Of a stretch of DNA of 64,000 nucleotides, positions 1 to 9,349 are shown one piece after another. A program made the position numbers and the translations under genes. The stretch's first letter is position 1; every line of letters starts with the position of its first letter. A model generated the notes under the pieces. It was not told where the DNA came from, ran no database searches, and worked only from the letters and a program-made list of their open reading frames with translations. The stretch comes from Longimicrobiales bacterium (GTDB taxonomy: Bacteria; Gemmatimonadota; Gemmatimonadetes; Longimicrobiales; Gaopeijiaceae): assembly GCA_965202985.1 (NCBI GenBank), contig CBDBCF010000002.1, forward strand, positions 256,001 to 320,000. The letters run 5' to 3'.

Positions 1-2
1 AA

Positions 3-500
3 GACCTGTTCGCGCGAGTCGAGCCGCGCCTGGTCCAGGTGATCGCACGCTGGGCTCAAGACCCTGCTCACGCCGACGATCTCCTGCAAGAGACCCGCGT
101 CCGCATCTACAAGAAGCGGACCGCCTACTCCGGGTCCGGTTCGTTCACGGGCTGGGCAGCGACCGTCTGCCTGAACGTGTGCCGGGCCGACCGTCGCATG
201 GCGAAGCGGGACCCGACCGTGCCGATCGACGAACACGACGAGATCGCTGCCGCCGCACCCAGCCCGGAGGCGGAGCTTCGGCGGAAGCGTCGGGCGACCG
301 TGGTGCGGAAGGCGCTCGAACGGCTGGACGACCGAGAACGAGAAGCGGTGGTCGCCCGGTACTTCGAGGGGCGCTCGACCGCGGAGGTCGCTCGGAGGAT
401 GCGGGTGACGGAGACCGTCGTCGCGGCCCTGCTCGCCAAGGCTCTTCGCGAGTTCAGATGCATGGAAGACGTGATGGAACTGCTGCTGGACGCCGAGTAA
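3..500 (+). CDS. ECF-type RNA polymerase sigma-70 factor (5' end outside window)
   Basis: Region 2 ADDLLQE...GSFTGWA...NVCR and region 4 LERLDDREREAVVARYFEGRSTAEVA; frame is open from position 3. Confidence 0.85.
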   Translation, partial: DLFARVEPRLVQVIARWAQDPAHADDLLQETRVRIYKKRTAYSGSGSFTGWAATVCLNVCRADRRMAKRDPTVPIDEHDEIAAAAPSPEAELRRKRRATVVRKALERLDDREREAVVARYFEGRSTAEVARRMRVTETVVAALLAKALREFRCMEDVMELLLDAE

Positions 501-511
501 GGCCAGCCAGC

Positions 512-1312
512 ATGTCTCCCGTCCTCGCGCTTCAATCCGACTCCTGGCTCAAGGATCGCCTGCGGGCGGGCGTGCGAGCCGGGGGCGCCCACGGTCTTGT
601 GGCGCGGGTGGAGTTCGCCCCCGGCTGGAGGGGCCTGCGGGACTTGGTGCACCGCTTTCCGGGCTCTCCCGCGTTCGTGGACCCCGCGCACCCGCGCAAG
701 AAGGAGCGCCCAGACGGGGCGGCTTGGCTCGCGCGGCTGGTTCCGACCTGTCCGTTGATCCGCTACGGAAGGCCGGACCGGTCGAGTCCGGCGTCGGCGG
801 ATCGGGACGCCGCCCAAGACGCCGCGTTCGTCGCTTCCATGACGCCCGGCGTCGACGACGGCCTCGTCTCCATCGGCTCCACGGTGCTGCGAACCGCTGA
901 CCACGCACTGGTGCGCACGCTCGGCGCGGACCTCGGGAGCGCCGCCCCCGCCCCCGCCCGGAGGCTGCTGGAGCGCGTCGTCCGTGCCACCGTCTTTCCA
1001 TGCACGGTACGCGCCCTGGCGACGAGCCTGGGAACGAGTGTGGCAATGCTCGACCGGCGCTGCCGAGCGTGGCGAGTGCCCCGACCCAAGAGGCTCCTCT
1101 CGCTGGCGCGCATCTTCCACGTGCATAGGCTGGCGGCGTGGAGCGGCCGCCCGCCCGGAGCAGTCGCCCTTGCTCTGGGGTACTCCGCCTACTCCAACTA
1201 CGCACGCTCCGTCCGGCGGGAGCTGGCGTGCACCTCTTCGCTGGTCGCGGAACAGGGCGGCCCGGCCTACGTGGGGGCGCGACTGGTCAGTATCGTTGCC
1301 GGCTCGTTGTGA
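512..1312 (+). CDS. AraC-family-like HTH transcriptional regulator
   Basis: ATG at 512 just after the sigma stop; C-terminal TVRALATSLGTS...LDRRC and VALALGYSAYSNYARSVRR double HTH pattern. Confidence 0.65.
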   Translation: MSPVLALQSDSWLKDRLRAGVRAGGAHGLVARVEFAPGWRGLRDLVHRFPGSPAFVDPAHPRKKERPDGAAWLARLVPTCPLIRYGRPDRSSPASADRDAAQDAAFVASMTPGVDDGLVSIGSTVLRTADHALVRTLGADLGSAAPAPARRLLERVVRATVFPCTVRALATSLGTSVAMLDRRCRAWRVPRPKRLLSLARIFHVHRLAAWSGRPPGAVALALGYSAYSNYARSVRRELACTSSLVAEQGGPAYVGARLVSIVAGSL

Positions 1313-1383
1313 AGGGATTTGCCGACATGCGTCCGCGAGGAAACGCCCCGCGAAGTCGCCCATCGTCGAAAGGGAGAAGCATC

Positions 1384-1956
1384 ATGACGACGTTCCAAGG
1401 ATTCGTCTTGCGCATCATCGCTGTCCTGCGCCGCATCGTCCTCGCGGCGAGGCCGGCTCGCCCGGTGCGCCACCCCGTCGGCACCAGAAACCTCAACCTC
1501 GGACTCACTCTGATCGCGACGGCTCTCGCGGTTGCGGTCGGGCTGTTGGTGTCCCCCGTCACGGGCGTGTCCTCCTTGCAGCGGCAGTGCGTCGTCTGCA
1601 AGAAGGGCAACTGCGAGGACGGAGCCGGGGGCCCGAGCTGCACGAGCACGCGGAGCGGCGGCCAACACAGCTGTGAGATCGAGGGCGGGTGCGAATGCAC
1701 CAAGGTGGAGAGACGGTTCTGGTTCGACACCCAGGTCTGCTCACCGATCGAAGACGAGCAACAGGCGAGCCTGCTGCCCGGCCTGGACACTCGGGTCATC
1801 GATCACGGCGGACGCAACATTACGTTGACCCGAGTAGGGCCAGCTCACTTTGCCGGAGCCGCTCGTCATCCGGTTCCAACGCTGGGCCCACGGTCTCGCA
1901 TTCGAACGAGCAACGACCGACTGAGCCTGCGGCCAACCAGGAGGCAATCAACATGA
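1384..1956 (+). CDS. Exported/membrane-anchored cysteine-rich hypothetical protein (8 Cys)
   Basis: GGGAGA RBS before ATG 1384; hydrophobic segment then a Cys cluster; stop overlaps next start (ATGA). Confidence 0.6.
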   Translation: MTTFQGFVLRIIAVLRRIVLAARPARPVRHPVGTRNLNLGLTLIATALAVAVGLLVSPVTGVSSLQRQCVVCKKGNCEDGAGGPSCTSTRSGGQHSCEIEGGCECTKVERRFWFDTQVCSPIEDEQQASLLPGLDTRVIDHGGRNITLTRVGPAHFAGAARHPVPTLGPRSRIRTSNDRLSLRPTRRQST

Positions 1957-3014
1957 AGATGATCGTCGGGTCTGTTCTGCTCTTCGCGTCGAGTCTGGCG
2001 GCGACCGGCAAGCCAGCTGCAGGCCACGCGCAGACGTCGCCGTACCCGCTCGAAGTATGTGTTCGGGAGGTCTGGAGCACATTCGGCGATCCGGGATTCG
2101 GGTGGCCCAGGGGCATGCTGCAGTGGCCGGACGGAACGGTCTGGGTTGGCGACAGCCAGGTGTCGGAGGTGGCGGAAGTAGCGGCCGACGGCACCAACGT
2201 AAAGCGCGTTCTGCGCGCGGGCGAAGGTCCGGGCGAACTCCGCCGAGTCTACTATATCGTGCCTTACCGCGACGGCGGAATCGTCATACATGAGAGTCCG
2301 GGGTTCTCGTTCTTCGGTGCCGACAAGAAGTTCCGCCGACGGATGATGTGGCCCGTCAACTTGGAGACGCAGGGCCTCGTGGCAACGCCGGACGGCGACC
2401 TGATCGCCAGCGGCGGCTTCGGGCACGAAACCCACGAGCTGGCTCGCTACGCCGTGCATCGGTTCGACAGCAGGCGTGGTCGGCACGTCAAGAGCTGGCA
2501 CGCTGCCGCCGATCACGAACAGCCAGAAACGGTTCGCTATACGTCCGGGGGTCCCATGGTCGTTACGAGCGACGGCGGGCTCTTGGTGTCCGACGCGGCA
2601 CCGTTCAGGGTCACCCGGTATGCCGACCTCATGGGCAATGGGGCGCAGCTCGTGATCGAAGACGAAGACGTGGTGTCCGCATCGGAACTAGACCGGGCGG
2701 TCACGTACGGGAACAACAACTCGAATAAGTACACCACCGCATGGACCCGATCGTTCTTCATCGACGAGTTGGAGAACGGAGACATCCTCAACATCGTGCG
2801 GGTCTCGCCCGAGGACGATGCCCCGCCCATGAGCGAATGGCTCGTCATCTCGCCGGAGGGAAGCATCTTGGCCCGCACTCCCGTGGCGAAGGGGTACGAC
2901 GTGTGGAACGCCACTCCCGACGGCCACTACTTGGCTACGTACTGGGACGACGCGGCCAGCATGGACGCGGCGGTCAAATTGGAAGTGGTGGTCGGCCCGC
3001 CGCCGTGCGGGTGA
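1953..3014 (+). CDS. Secreted 6-bladed beta-propeller (NHL-like) protein
   Basis: GGAGG RBS, signal peptide MKMIVGSVLLFASSLAA, GEGPGEL motif, repeated PDG blades. Confidence 0.75.
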   Translation: MKMIVGSVLLFASSLAATGKPAAGHAQTSPYPLEVCVREVWSTFGDPGFGWPRGMLQWPDGTVWVGDSQVSEVAEVAADGTNVKRVLRAGEGPGELRRVYYIVPYRDGGIVIHESPGFSFFGADKKFRRRMMWPVNLETQGLVATPDGDLIASGGFGHETHELARYAVHRFDSRRGRHVKSWHAAADHEQPETVRYTSGGPMVVTSDGGLLVSDAAPFRVTRYADLMGNGAQLVIEDEDVVSASELDRAVTYGNNNSNKYTTAWTRSFFIDELENGDILNIVRVSPEDDAPPMSEWLVISPEGSILARTPVAKGYDVWNATPDGHYLATYWDDAASMDAAVKLEVVVGPPPCG

Positions 3015-3021
3015 CGCGAAC

Positions 3022-4074
3022 CTAATCCTCCACGACCGGCCCGCACTGGGGCGGATCGCCGTCTCCGGTCCGCGGGCGCGACTCCACGGCGACGGTCCAG
3101 CGCACGCCGGCCCCGAACACGCCGGTTCCGGCCCCGAAGATCGAGGGGATGCGGATCTCGCCGGTGTCGAACGTTGTGTTCACGAAGAGGGTCTCGAAGG
3201 TCGCGAGGCGGATCCAGTTGAACCAGTTCCGGTCGATCGCCCCCACGGCCACGGCGGCGGCGGCGCCCTCGGGGAGTCCCACCTGGAGCATGTCGGTGAC
3301 CGCCGCGGCGACGTTCGCCGCGCTGAACAGTGTGCCGAAGTCGCGGGGGAAGACCATCTCGGTGGAGTCGCGGCCGAAGGGAAGTCCCGCCATGTACAGA
3401 GGTTCGCCGGCGTAGAGCGTGTCCTCTCCAGGCCAGATTCGGGGGTCGAGCCCCTTGACCGCGGCCCCGCCGACGTACGCCTGGGCACCCTCGGCGACGC
3501 CCCACGAGAAGCGATGGTTCCTGTCGGGCTCGACGAGGCAGCGGCCGCCCTCGCTGGCCAAGCCGGCCGCCGGTACGAACGCCTCCGGCAACCGAGTTGC
3601 TCCCTCGGCCACGCCGCCCGCCGGCGACTCGATCGTCAGCGATATGCCCTCGCCGGGCGCAAGCGGCGAAGGCGACGCCGAAGCCAAATAGCACGTTCCG
3701 TAAGTGGGAATGTGATGGATGTCGGGCCGTATTGGCCCCGGCGTGAAGCAGGATCCCTGCTCCGGCATCTGGACGAGTTCGACCGAACGGCCCGACTCCC
3801 CGACGACCCGGACCGACGCGCCCGGAACCTCGTTCGACCGCCGGCCGGTCCGAGTCCAGTGGAGCCAAGCCGTGGCCAGCAGCTCGGTGCGGGACGGGTC
3901 GGCGGGATCGACGGTCACGACGGTCCACACGCCCGCCGCGACGATGTCCTCCGGCGGGATGCCGGTGCCCGTGGGGTCGCACCCCGCCAGAGCCAGCGAC
4001 GCCAACCCCGCCGACGCCAAGCCGAGCGACGCGCTGGTCCGCCCACCGCCGAGCCGTCCGGCCGCCGGCTTCAA
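3022..4074 (-). CDS. Lipoprotein partner of TonB receptor (DUF4249-like)
   Basis: TTG start overlapping receptor stop; lipobox LALAGC; C-terminal PSIFG..GTGVFGA. Confidence 0.6.
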   Translation of the reverse strand: MKPAAGRLGGGRTSASLGLASAGLASLALAGCDPTGTGIPPEDIVAAGVWTVVTVDPADPSRTELLATAWLHWTRTGRRSNEVPGASVRVVGESGRSVELVQMPEQGSCFTPGPIRPDIHHIPTYGTCYLASASPSPLAPGEGISLTIESPAGGVAEGATRLPEAFVPAAGLASEGGRCLVEPDRNHRFSWGVAEGAQAYVGGAAVKGLDPRIWPGEDTLYAGEPLYMAGLPFGRDSTEMVFPRDFGTLFSAANVAAAVTDMLQVGLPEGAAAAVAVGAIDRNWFNWIRLATFETLFVNTTFDTGEIRIPSIFGAGTGVFGAGVRWTVAVESRPRTGDGDPPQCGPVVED

Positions 4075-6407
4075 AACGACACCTCCACGCCGGCCGTGGG
4101 GAGGAACGGCATCATCGAGATGCCTCTGCGACCCACGCCGTCCGCCCGGTAGTCGAAGACGTAGAACAGGATGTTGTCTTGGTTGTAGAGGTTGATCACG
4201 CTCAGGTAGGGAACGACCCGCCCCCACGCCTTGTCCATCGGCTTGCGCAGGCTGATGTCCAGCCTGTGACGCGCCGGGTATCGCTCTCCATTGATGGGCC
4301 CCAGGAGGATGGCCTTCTGACAGCATCCCTCTTCCACCAACAGGTCCACCATCCGGTGGTCGTAGAGGTCGTAGGAGCCCGCGGGCAGCGTGTACGGGAG
4401 GCCGGTGCCGAAGTTCCAGCGAAGGCCGCCCACCAAGCCCCAGCCCATCGGCCGCCGAAGCACCAAGTCCACCTCCAGACGCCGATCGAACACCGGCGGA
4501 TGTTCCACGACCGGAGGCGGCGTCAAGAACGAGTACGCGTCCGGAAACCGCCGAACCGCCTTCAGGAAAGAGGCGGACACCCACCCCGTCGTCTCGCCCT
4601 CGGACTTTCGCACCATCAAGTCCGCGCCGTAGGACGCTCCATCGCCGGAAAGCGCGTCGTCCAAGGGGTCGCCCGGGTCTTCGGTCAAGTTCAGCGTGAT
4701 CACGCCGTCGAAGGTGCGGTAGTAGCCCTCGGCGGAGACGGACCATTCGCCGTCCGGGCCAAGGTAGCCCTCGACTCCCATCTGCACTTGATCGGACACG
4801 ACATGAGTGACGCCGTGCTCCGCCAGCAGCCAAACGTCGATGCCGAAGGGCAGCCGCTCGTCCCGCCGCGAGTGCAGGAACTGCGTGAAGCGTCCGCCGG
4901 CGACGCGAACGGCCCAGTCTCCGTCGTGGACGAAGCGCTTGATCGCGGCCCGAGGCGACACGACGACGACGCTGGCGGACTCGCCGGGAGCCCAGTAGTC
5001 CACTCGCACTCCGCCTTCGACGAGCCAGCGGGAGCTTGGGTTCCAGCGCACCTGGGTGTACGCCGCGGATTCCCATGCGCCGAAGTTCTGCTCCCGAAGG
5101 ACGGCGCCGCCGATCTCGGAGAGGTAGTCGGAGGCGGCGCGCTTTGCCGACAGCCCGGACTTCCAACGGCTGCGCGGAGTCGGGCGTCGCTCCAAGTCGA
5201 TCGCGAACAGAGACTCGGAGACGCCGTTGATGAAATCGGTGTCGGCCATGTTCAGGAAGTCGAAGTCCATCCGAAAACGAGAATGCGAAGCCCGCAGGTC
5301 CAATGCGCCTCCGCCCTTCGTGGGGCGCGTCCACGAGGCCCCGACGACGTCGTTGCCCCAGCGAGAGTTCATGCCCGCGAAGTCGGTGCCGGGCCGCACG
5401 TTGAGGACGTCCCGCCCCGAGTACGCCGTCAGCTTGAATCGGTCGCCCCTCCGGGTCCACGCCTCGAAGGCGCCCTGGAAGTCCATCAGGTAGTACGGCA
5501 TGTCGGGCAGCAGCAGATCGAAGTAGCTGCGCCGGCCCGACACCCTCCACCGAGCGCTGGTAAGGCCGATCCCCGACTTGGTTCCGTCCGGCAGGTCGCC
5601 GCCGACCGCCGCTCGGGTCGCCAGCAGACTCCATCCCGAATCAACGCCGAACTCGCCGTCGCCCAAGTCGGTCTCCACCGACAGAACCGACGACACCCGC
5701 CCGCCGTACTCGGCCGGAAAGCCCCCGGAACGAAGCTCGGCGCGCCCCACCATGTCCGCGTTGAACACCGAGAAGAAGCCCGCGAGGTGGAAGGGGTTGA
5801 TGATCGGCACGCCGTCCAGCAGGATGAGGTTCTGGTCCGCGGAACCCCCACGCACGTTGAAGGCCGACGAGAAGTCCGACACGGTGACCACGCCGGGCAG
5901 CACCTCCACGGCCCGCATCGGGTCCGCCTCGGCGATGCCGGGGACCGACTTGATCTCGGCCCGATTCAGCTCCTCCACCGTCACGCCCGCGGATTCCTCG
6001 AACCACTCCCGGCGGCGGCTGCGACGGGTCTCCACCACCAGGCCTGCGAGTTCCACGGCCTCGACGGACAGCACCACTTCCAGCTGGACTTCCGCACCGG
6101 CGGACACGGTCACTCTTTGCGTTCCCGGACCGAAGCCGATGCGGGCGACGGTCAGCATGTAGTCCCCCGAGGCCACGCCGCGGAAGACAAAGAACCCGAG
6201 GCGGTCCGTGCCGGTAATCTGCTGCATCGTCGAATCCGCCGCCGAGCGAAGACGGACCGTGGCGTCGGCGACCGGGACGCCGTCTTCGGCGCGCACCCGA
6301 CCTGCGACGGACCCCTGCTGGGCGTCGGCGACCGACGGGAGCCAGCCGGTAGCAAGCATGGCAACAGCGGCGAGCGCCGCCGCCGACGAGAGGGTGGGCC
6401 GCGTCAT
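4071..6407 (-). CDS. TonB-dependent receptor with N-terminal carboxypeptidase-regulatory-like domain
   Basis: Signal peptide, plug FNVRGGSADQNLILLDG, GGFPAEYGGRVSSV, terminal Phe. Confidence 0.9.
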   Translation of the reverse strand: MTRPTLSSAAALAAVAMLATGWLPSVADAQQGSVAGRVRAEDGVPVADATVRLRSAADSTMQQITGTDRLGFFVFRGVASGDYMLTVARIGFGPGTQRVTVSAGAEVQLEVVLSVEAVELAGLVVETRRSRRREWFEESAGVTVEELNRAEIKSVPGIAEADPMRAVEVLPGVVTVSDFSSAFNVRGGSADQNLILLDGVPIINPFHLAGFFSVFNADMVGRAELRSGGFPAEYGGRVSSVLSVETDLGDGEFGVDSGWSLLATRAAVGGDLPDGTKSGIGLTSARWRVSGRRSYFDLLLPDMPYYLMDFQGAFEAWTRRGDRFKLTAYSGRDVLNVRPGTDFAGMNSRWGNDVVGASWTRPTKGGGALDLRASHSRFRMDFDFLNMADTDFINGVSESLFAIDLERRPTPRSRWKSGLSAKRAASDYLSEIGGAVLREQNFGAWESAAYTQVRWNPSSRWLVEGGVRVDYWAPGESASVVVVSPRAAIKRFVHDGDWAVRVAGGRFTQFLHSRRDERLPFGIDVWLLAEHGVTHVVSDQVQMGVEGYLGPDGEWSVSAEGYYRTFDGVITLNLTEDPGDPLDDALSGDGASYGADLMVRKSEGETTGWVSASFLKAVRRFPDAYSFLTPPPVVEHPPVFDRRLEVDLVLRRPMGWGLVGGLRWNFGTGLPYTLPAGSYDLYDHRMVDLLVEEGCCQKAILLGPINGERYPARHRLDISLRKPMDKAWGRVVPYLSVINLYNQDNILFYVFDYRADGVGRRGISMMPFLPTAGVEVSF

Positions 6408-6428
6408 GGCACGAATCGGCTTGCTACC

Positions 6429-7085
6429 CTACCCTATGGGAAAGCCAAGGCCGGCCCGAAAGGAGAACGCGCGGCTCTTCGCCGCATTCGTGTTGTTCAG
6501 GTTGTCAACCTCGCCAAATCCGTGGGTGTAGAGTGCTTCCACGGACAAGGCCACGGACGGGTCGCGGAGAACCTGGAGCTGGAAGCCCGCGCCAACCGTG
6601 GCGCCGATGTCTACGGACCCGATGTCGAGGTTGAGGTCTTCGCAGAGTATCGGTGCAGCGCCGTCTGGCGGGGCGTTTTCGCACGATCGCTTGAAGGACA
6701 CGGTCGGCCCGACGAGCAGGTCGAACGAGGCCTCCTTGTCTCCCGTGGTGCGGATCGGCCTGATATCGATCAACGGCGACAACTCGACGTAGCTGATTCT
6801 CAGGGTGCTCTCCGCCCCTCCCTCGAACGACGCCGTGGCGCCCTTCGATGCGAACACGCCCCCGAGTCTGACCCCGACCTTCTCCCCCAGGTAGCGCGTG
6901 ACCGACACCCCGACCGCGATGCCCCTCCGGTAGCCGATGTCGGGCCCCGGGTCGGACTCGTAGTCCAGCGTCGCGATCGATGCGCCGGCTCGGACCGCCA
7001 TCACCGTCTGGGTCGAAGCTGGTGCGGCGACAAATGCCCAGGTCGCGAACGCTGCGACTAGGGCTGAAGTCACGCGGCGGTTCAT
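6429..7085 (-). CDS. Outer-membrane beta-barrel (porin/PorT-like) protein
   Basis: AAGGAG RBS, signal peptide MNRRVTSALVAAFATWAFVAAPASTQ, amphipathic strands, C-terminal FSFRAGLGF. Confidence 0.75.
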   Translation of the reverse strand: MNRRVTSALVAAFATWAFVAAPASTQTVMAVRAGASIATLDYESDPGPDIGYRRGIAVGVSVTRYLGEKVGVRLGGVFASKGATASFEGGAESTLRISYVELSPLIDIRPIRTTGDKEASFDLLVGPTVSFKRSCENAPPDGAAPILCEDLNLDIGSVDIGATVGAGFQLQVLRDPSVALSVEALYTHGFGEVDNLNNTNAAKSRAFSFRAGLGFPIG

Positions 7086-7385
7086 TTGCGGGCTCCTTTG
7101 TTGCGAGGTACGCGGACTTCCAAGCGCGGATACGGGTCTTCGAATACTGCGACATGACCATCTGGTGTCGCAAAGATGCGAGGCAGAGTGTCTCCAATGA
7201 ATCCGCCTCGGCCACTTGTAGCCTGGTCGCAGACGATCTCGTGCGCCTGGGCCTCGGGGGGGAGCGACCACGTCCAGCACCGCCGCTCCTGCCACGGCTC
7301 CTGCCGTGACGCTGATCGCGAGCAGCCCGGCGAGGCCGATGGCGCTCACCAGGTTGCTCACGAGTCTCGAGGTGGTTTCGAACAT
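7082..7385 (-). pseudogene. Small exported protein apparently frameshifted at a C7 tract (7256-7262)
   Basis: GGAGG RBS plus ATG 7385 and signal peptide; deleting one C gives an AQA cleavage site and a stop overlapping the porin ATG. Confidence 0.4.
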
Positions 7386-7701
7386 CTCGTTCTTTCCTCC
7401 TGCTATTGGGTTGCCTGCTCGCCACGGGAGCTCGTCTCCCGGCGAGCGGTCGGGTTCCTCCCGACAACAAGCCGATGCCCCAATCCACGTTTGCGGTATA
7501 TCAAAATTGGCACCCCCAGGCGAAGAGGCTTCGTGGCGTGCGCCGCTGGCCGTCCTGGCGTGCCAGCAAGGCCCGCCGGACGGGACGGCATGTCGTCCCT
7601 TGCGAATCCAGCGAAGATCGCCGTATCGTGCGTCACGAACCCGAACGCGACCGGACCCGTCCGGCCTTCTCTGGACAGGGACCACCAGGCAGGACGTCGA
7701 T

Positions 7702-9180
7702 GTGATCAACCGACCGAACCGCGACTACTTTGCGAGCCTGATCCAGGAGTTGCGCGGGTTGCCCGGGGAGAACGAGTGGCTGGAGTTCAAGGTCGACTTC
7801 AGCGACCCGCAGGGCATCGGCGAATACATCTCTGCGCTCTCGAACTCGGCCGCCCTTTGCGGCAGGAACCATGCGTACATTGTCTGGGGAGTCGAGGACG
7901 CCACGCACGACGTCGTCGGTACCCGCTTCTCGCCGGCTAAGGCGAAGAAGGGCAACGAACCGCTGGAGAGCTGGCTTCACCGCTTCCTGGAGCCGGCGGT
8001 CGACTTCGCCTTCCACGAAGTGGCGGTGGAGGGCCGACGGGTCGTCTTGCTGGAGGTTGCCGGAGCCGTTCATCGCCCGGTCGAGTTCATGCGAGCAAGG
8101 TACGTGCGCGTCCGAAGCGCAAAGAGGCGGCTATCCGACTTTCCGGAGAAGGAGCGCGCTCTGTGGCGGTCGTTCGACAACGTGCCCTTCGAGAAGCAGA
8201 CCGCCGCGGAAAGACTGGGCGCGCGCGATGTTCTTGGGACGCTGGACTGTCCCAAGCACTTCGACCTGCTCGGACGCCCGCCCCCCGACGGCGCAGATGC
8301 GATCGTCGCCGCCCTGGTCGAGGACGCCGTCGTCGTCCGAAGCGCTGCGGGTGGGTTCGACGTCACGAACCTGGGCGCGATGCTGCTGGCGAGGGACCTG
8401 GGCGACTTCCCCGGGTTGCGGCGAAAGGCCCTGCGAGTGGTCCACTACCGCGGCGCGGACCGCATCAATGCGCTGACGGAGCAAGAGTTCGTCGAAGGGT
8501 ACGCTTCCGGCTTCGACAGGATGGCCGCTCACGTCGTCGCTCGCCTGCCTGCCAAGGAAGAGCTCGACGGCGTCTTCCGGCGGTCGATCACGGCGTATCC
8601 CGAGGTGGCGGTGCGCGAGCTGATGGGCAATGCGCTCATCCACCAGGACTTCGCGCTGCGCGGGGTCGGGCCGATGGTCGAGATATTCGACGGCCGACTC
8701 GAGATCAGCAACCCGGGAGAGCCGCTCGTGGACACGCAAAGGTTCGTCGACGCGACGCCGGCCTCCCGCAACGAGGCCACGGCCTCGATGATGCGACGAT
8801 TCGGCCTGTGCGAAGAGCGGGGCACGGGGATCGACAAGGTCGTGTCCGAGATCGAGCTGCGGCAGCTTCCCGCTCCTCTCTTCGAGGCGCCGCCCCGCTC
8901 CACGAGGGTCGTTCTCTTCGACCGAAAGACGGTGGCGCAGATGGACGGGAGCGAACGGCTCCGGGCTTGCTATCTGCACGCGTGCATCCAGTTCGTGAGC
9001 CGTCGGCGCATGACGAACGGCTCGTTGCGAGAACGCTTGGGCGTCCCCGACAAGAACGCGTCCATGGTCTCCAGGATTCTGCGCGAGGCGGTTGCCGACG
9101 GACTGATCGTAGTGGCGAACCCGGAAAACGGCCTGCGCGCCCGCCACTACGTGCCGTTCTGGGCCGTGTCGAGGAGCTAG
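7702..9180 (+). CDS. AlbA_2 (Schlafen-like) + HATPase_c_4 + wHTH protein
   Basis: ENEWLEFK and IGEYISALSNSA (AlbA_2); YPEVAVRELMGNALIHQDF, EISNPG, CEERGTGIDKV (HATPase_c_4); C-terminal HTH ending HYVPFWA. GTG start inferred. Confidence 0.85.
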   Translation: MINRPNRDYFASLIQELRGLPGENEWLEFKVDFSDPQGIGEYISALSNSAALCGRNHAYIVWGVEDATHDVVGTRFSPAKAKKGNEPLESWLHRFLEPAVDFAFHEVAVEGRRVVLLEVAGAVHRPVEFMRARYVRVRSAKRRLSDFPEKERALWRSFDNVPFEKQTAAERLGARDVLGTLDCPKHFDLLGRPPPDGADAIVAALVEDAVVVRSAAGGFDVTNLGAMLLARDLGDFPGLRRKALRVVHYRGADRINALTEQEFVEGYASGFDRMAAHVVARLPAKEELDGVFRRSITAYPEVAVRELMGNALIHQDFALRGVGPMVEIFDGRLEISNPGEPLVDTQRFVDATPASRNEATASMMRRFGLCEERGTGIDKVVSEIELRQLPAPLFEAPPRSTRVVLFDRKTVAQMDGSERLRACYLHACIQFVSRRRMTNGSLRERLGVPDKNASMVSRILREAVADGLIVVANPENGLRARHYVPFWAVSRS

Positions 9181-9195
9181 GCCGGGACCGACGCC

Positions 9196-9273
9196 TTTTC
9201 TTGACTCGAAACCGGCAATTCGGCCTCGAATTCTCGTAACTCCTTATTTGACAGCCATTTAGTTTCTTGACTG
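9196..9273 (+). repeat. 78-bp inverted repeat, left copy (partner 10937-11014)
   Basis: Manual alignment to the reverse complement of 10937-11014: 9 substitutions and 2 indels; TTTCTTGACT direct repeats at both ends. Confidence 0.85.
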
Positions 9274-9349
9274 GAAGCTGCAAGAAACCGCGACTCGCGT
9301 GACGCCGGTCGCCCGGGGAGCCTGTCCGCACAAAGCGGGGCCGCGGCTC

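Noticed and set aside
4179..7061. 960-aa plus-strand ORF and similar long antisense ORFs (15977-18265, 27350-29311, 52068-53618)
   Set aside because: Shadow frames of real genes in high-GC DNA; no motifs.
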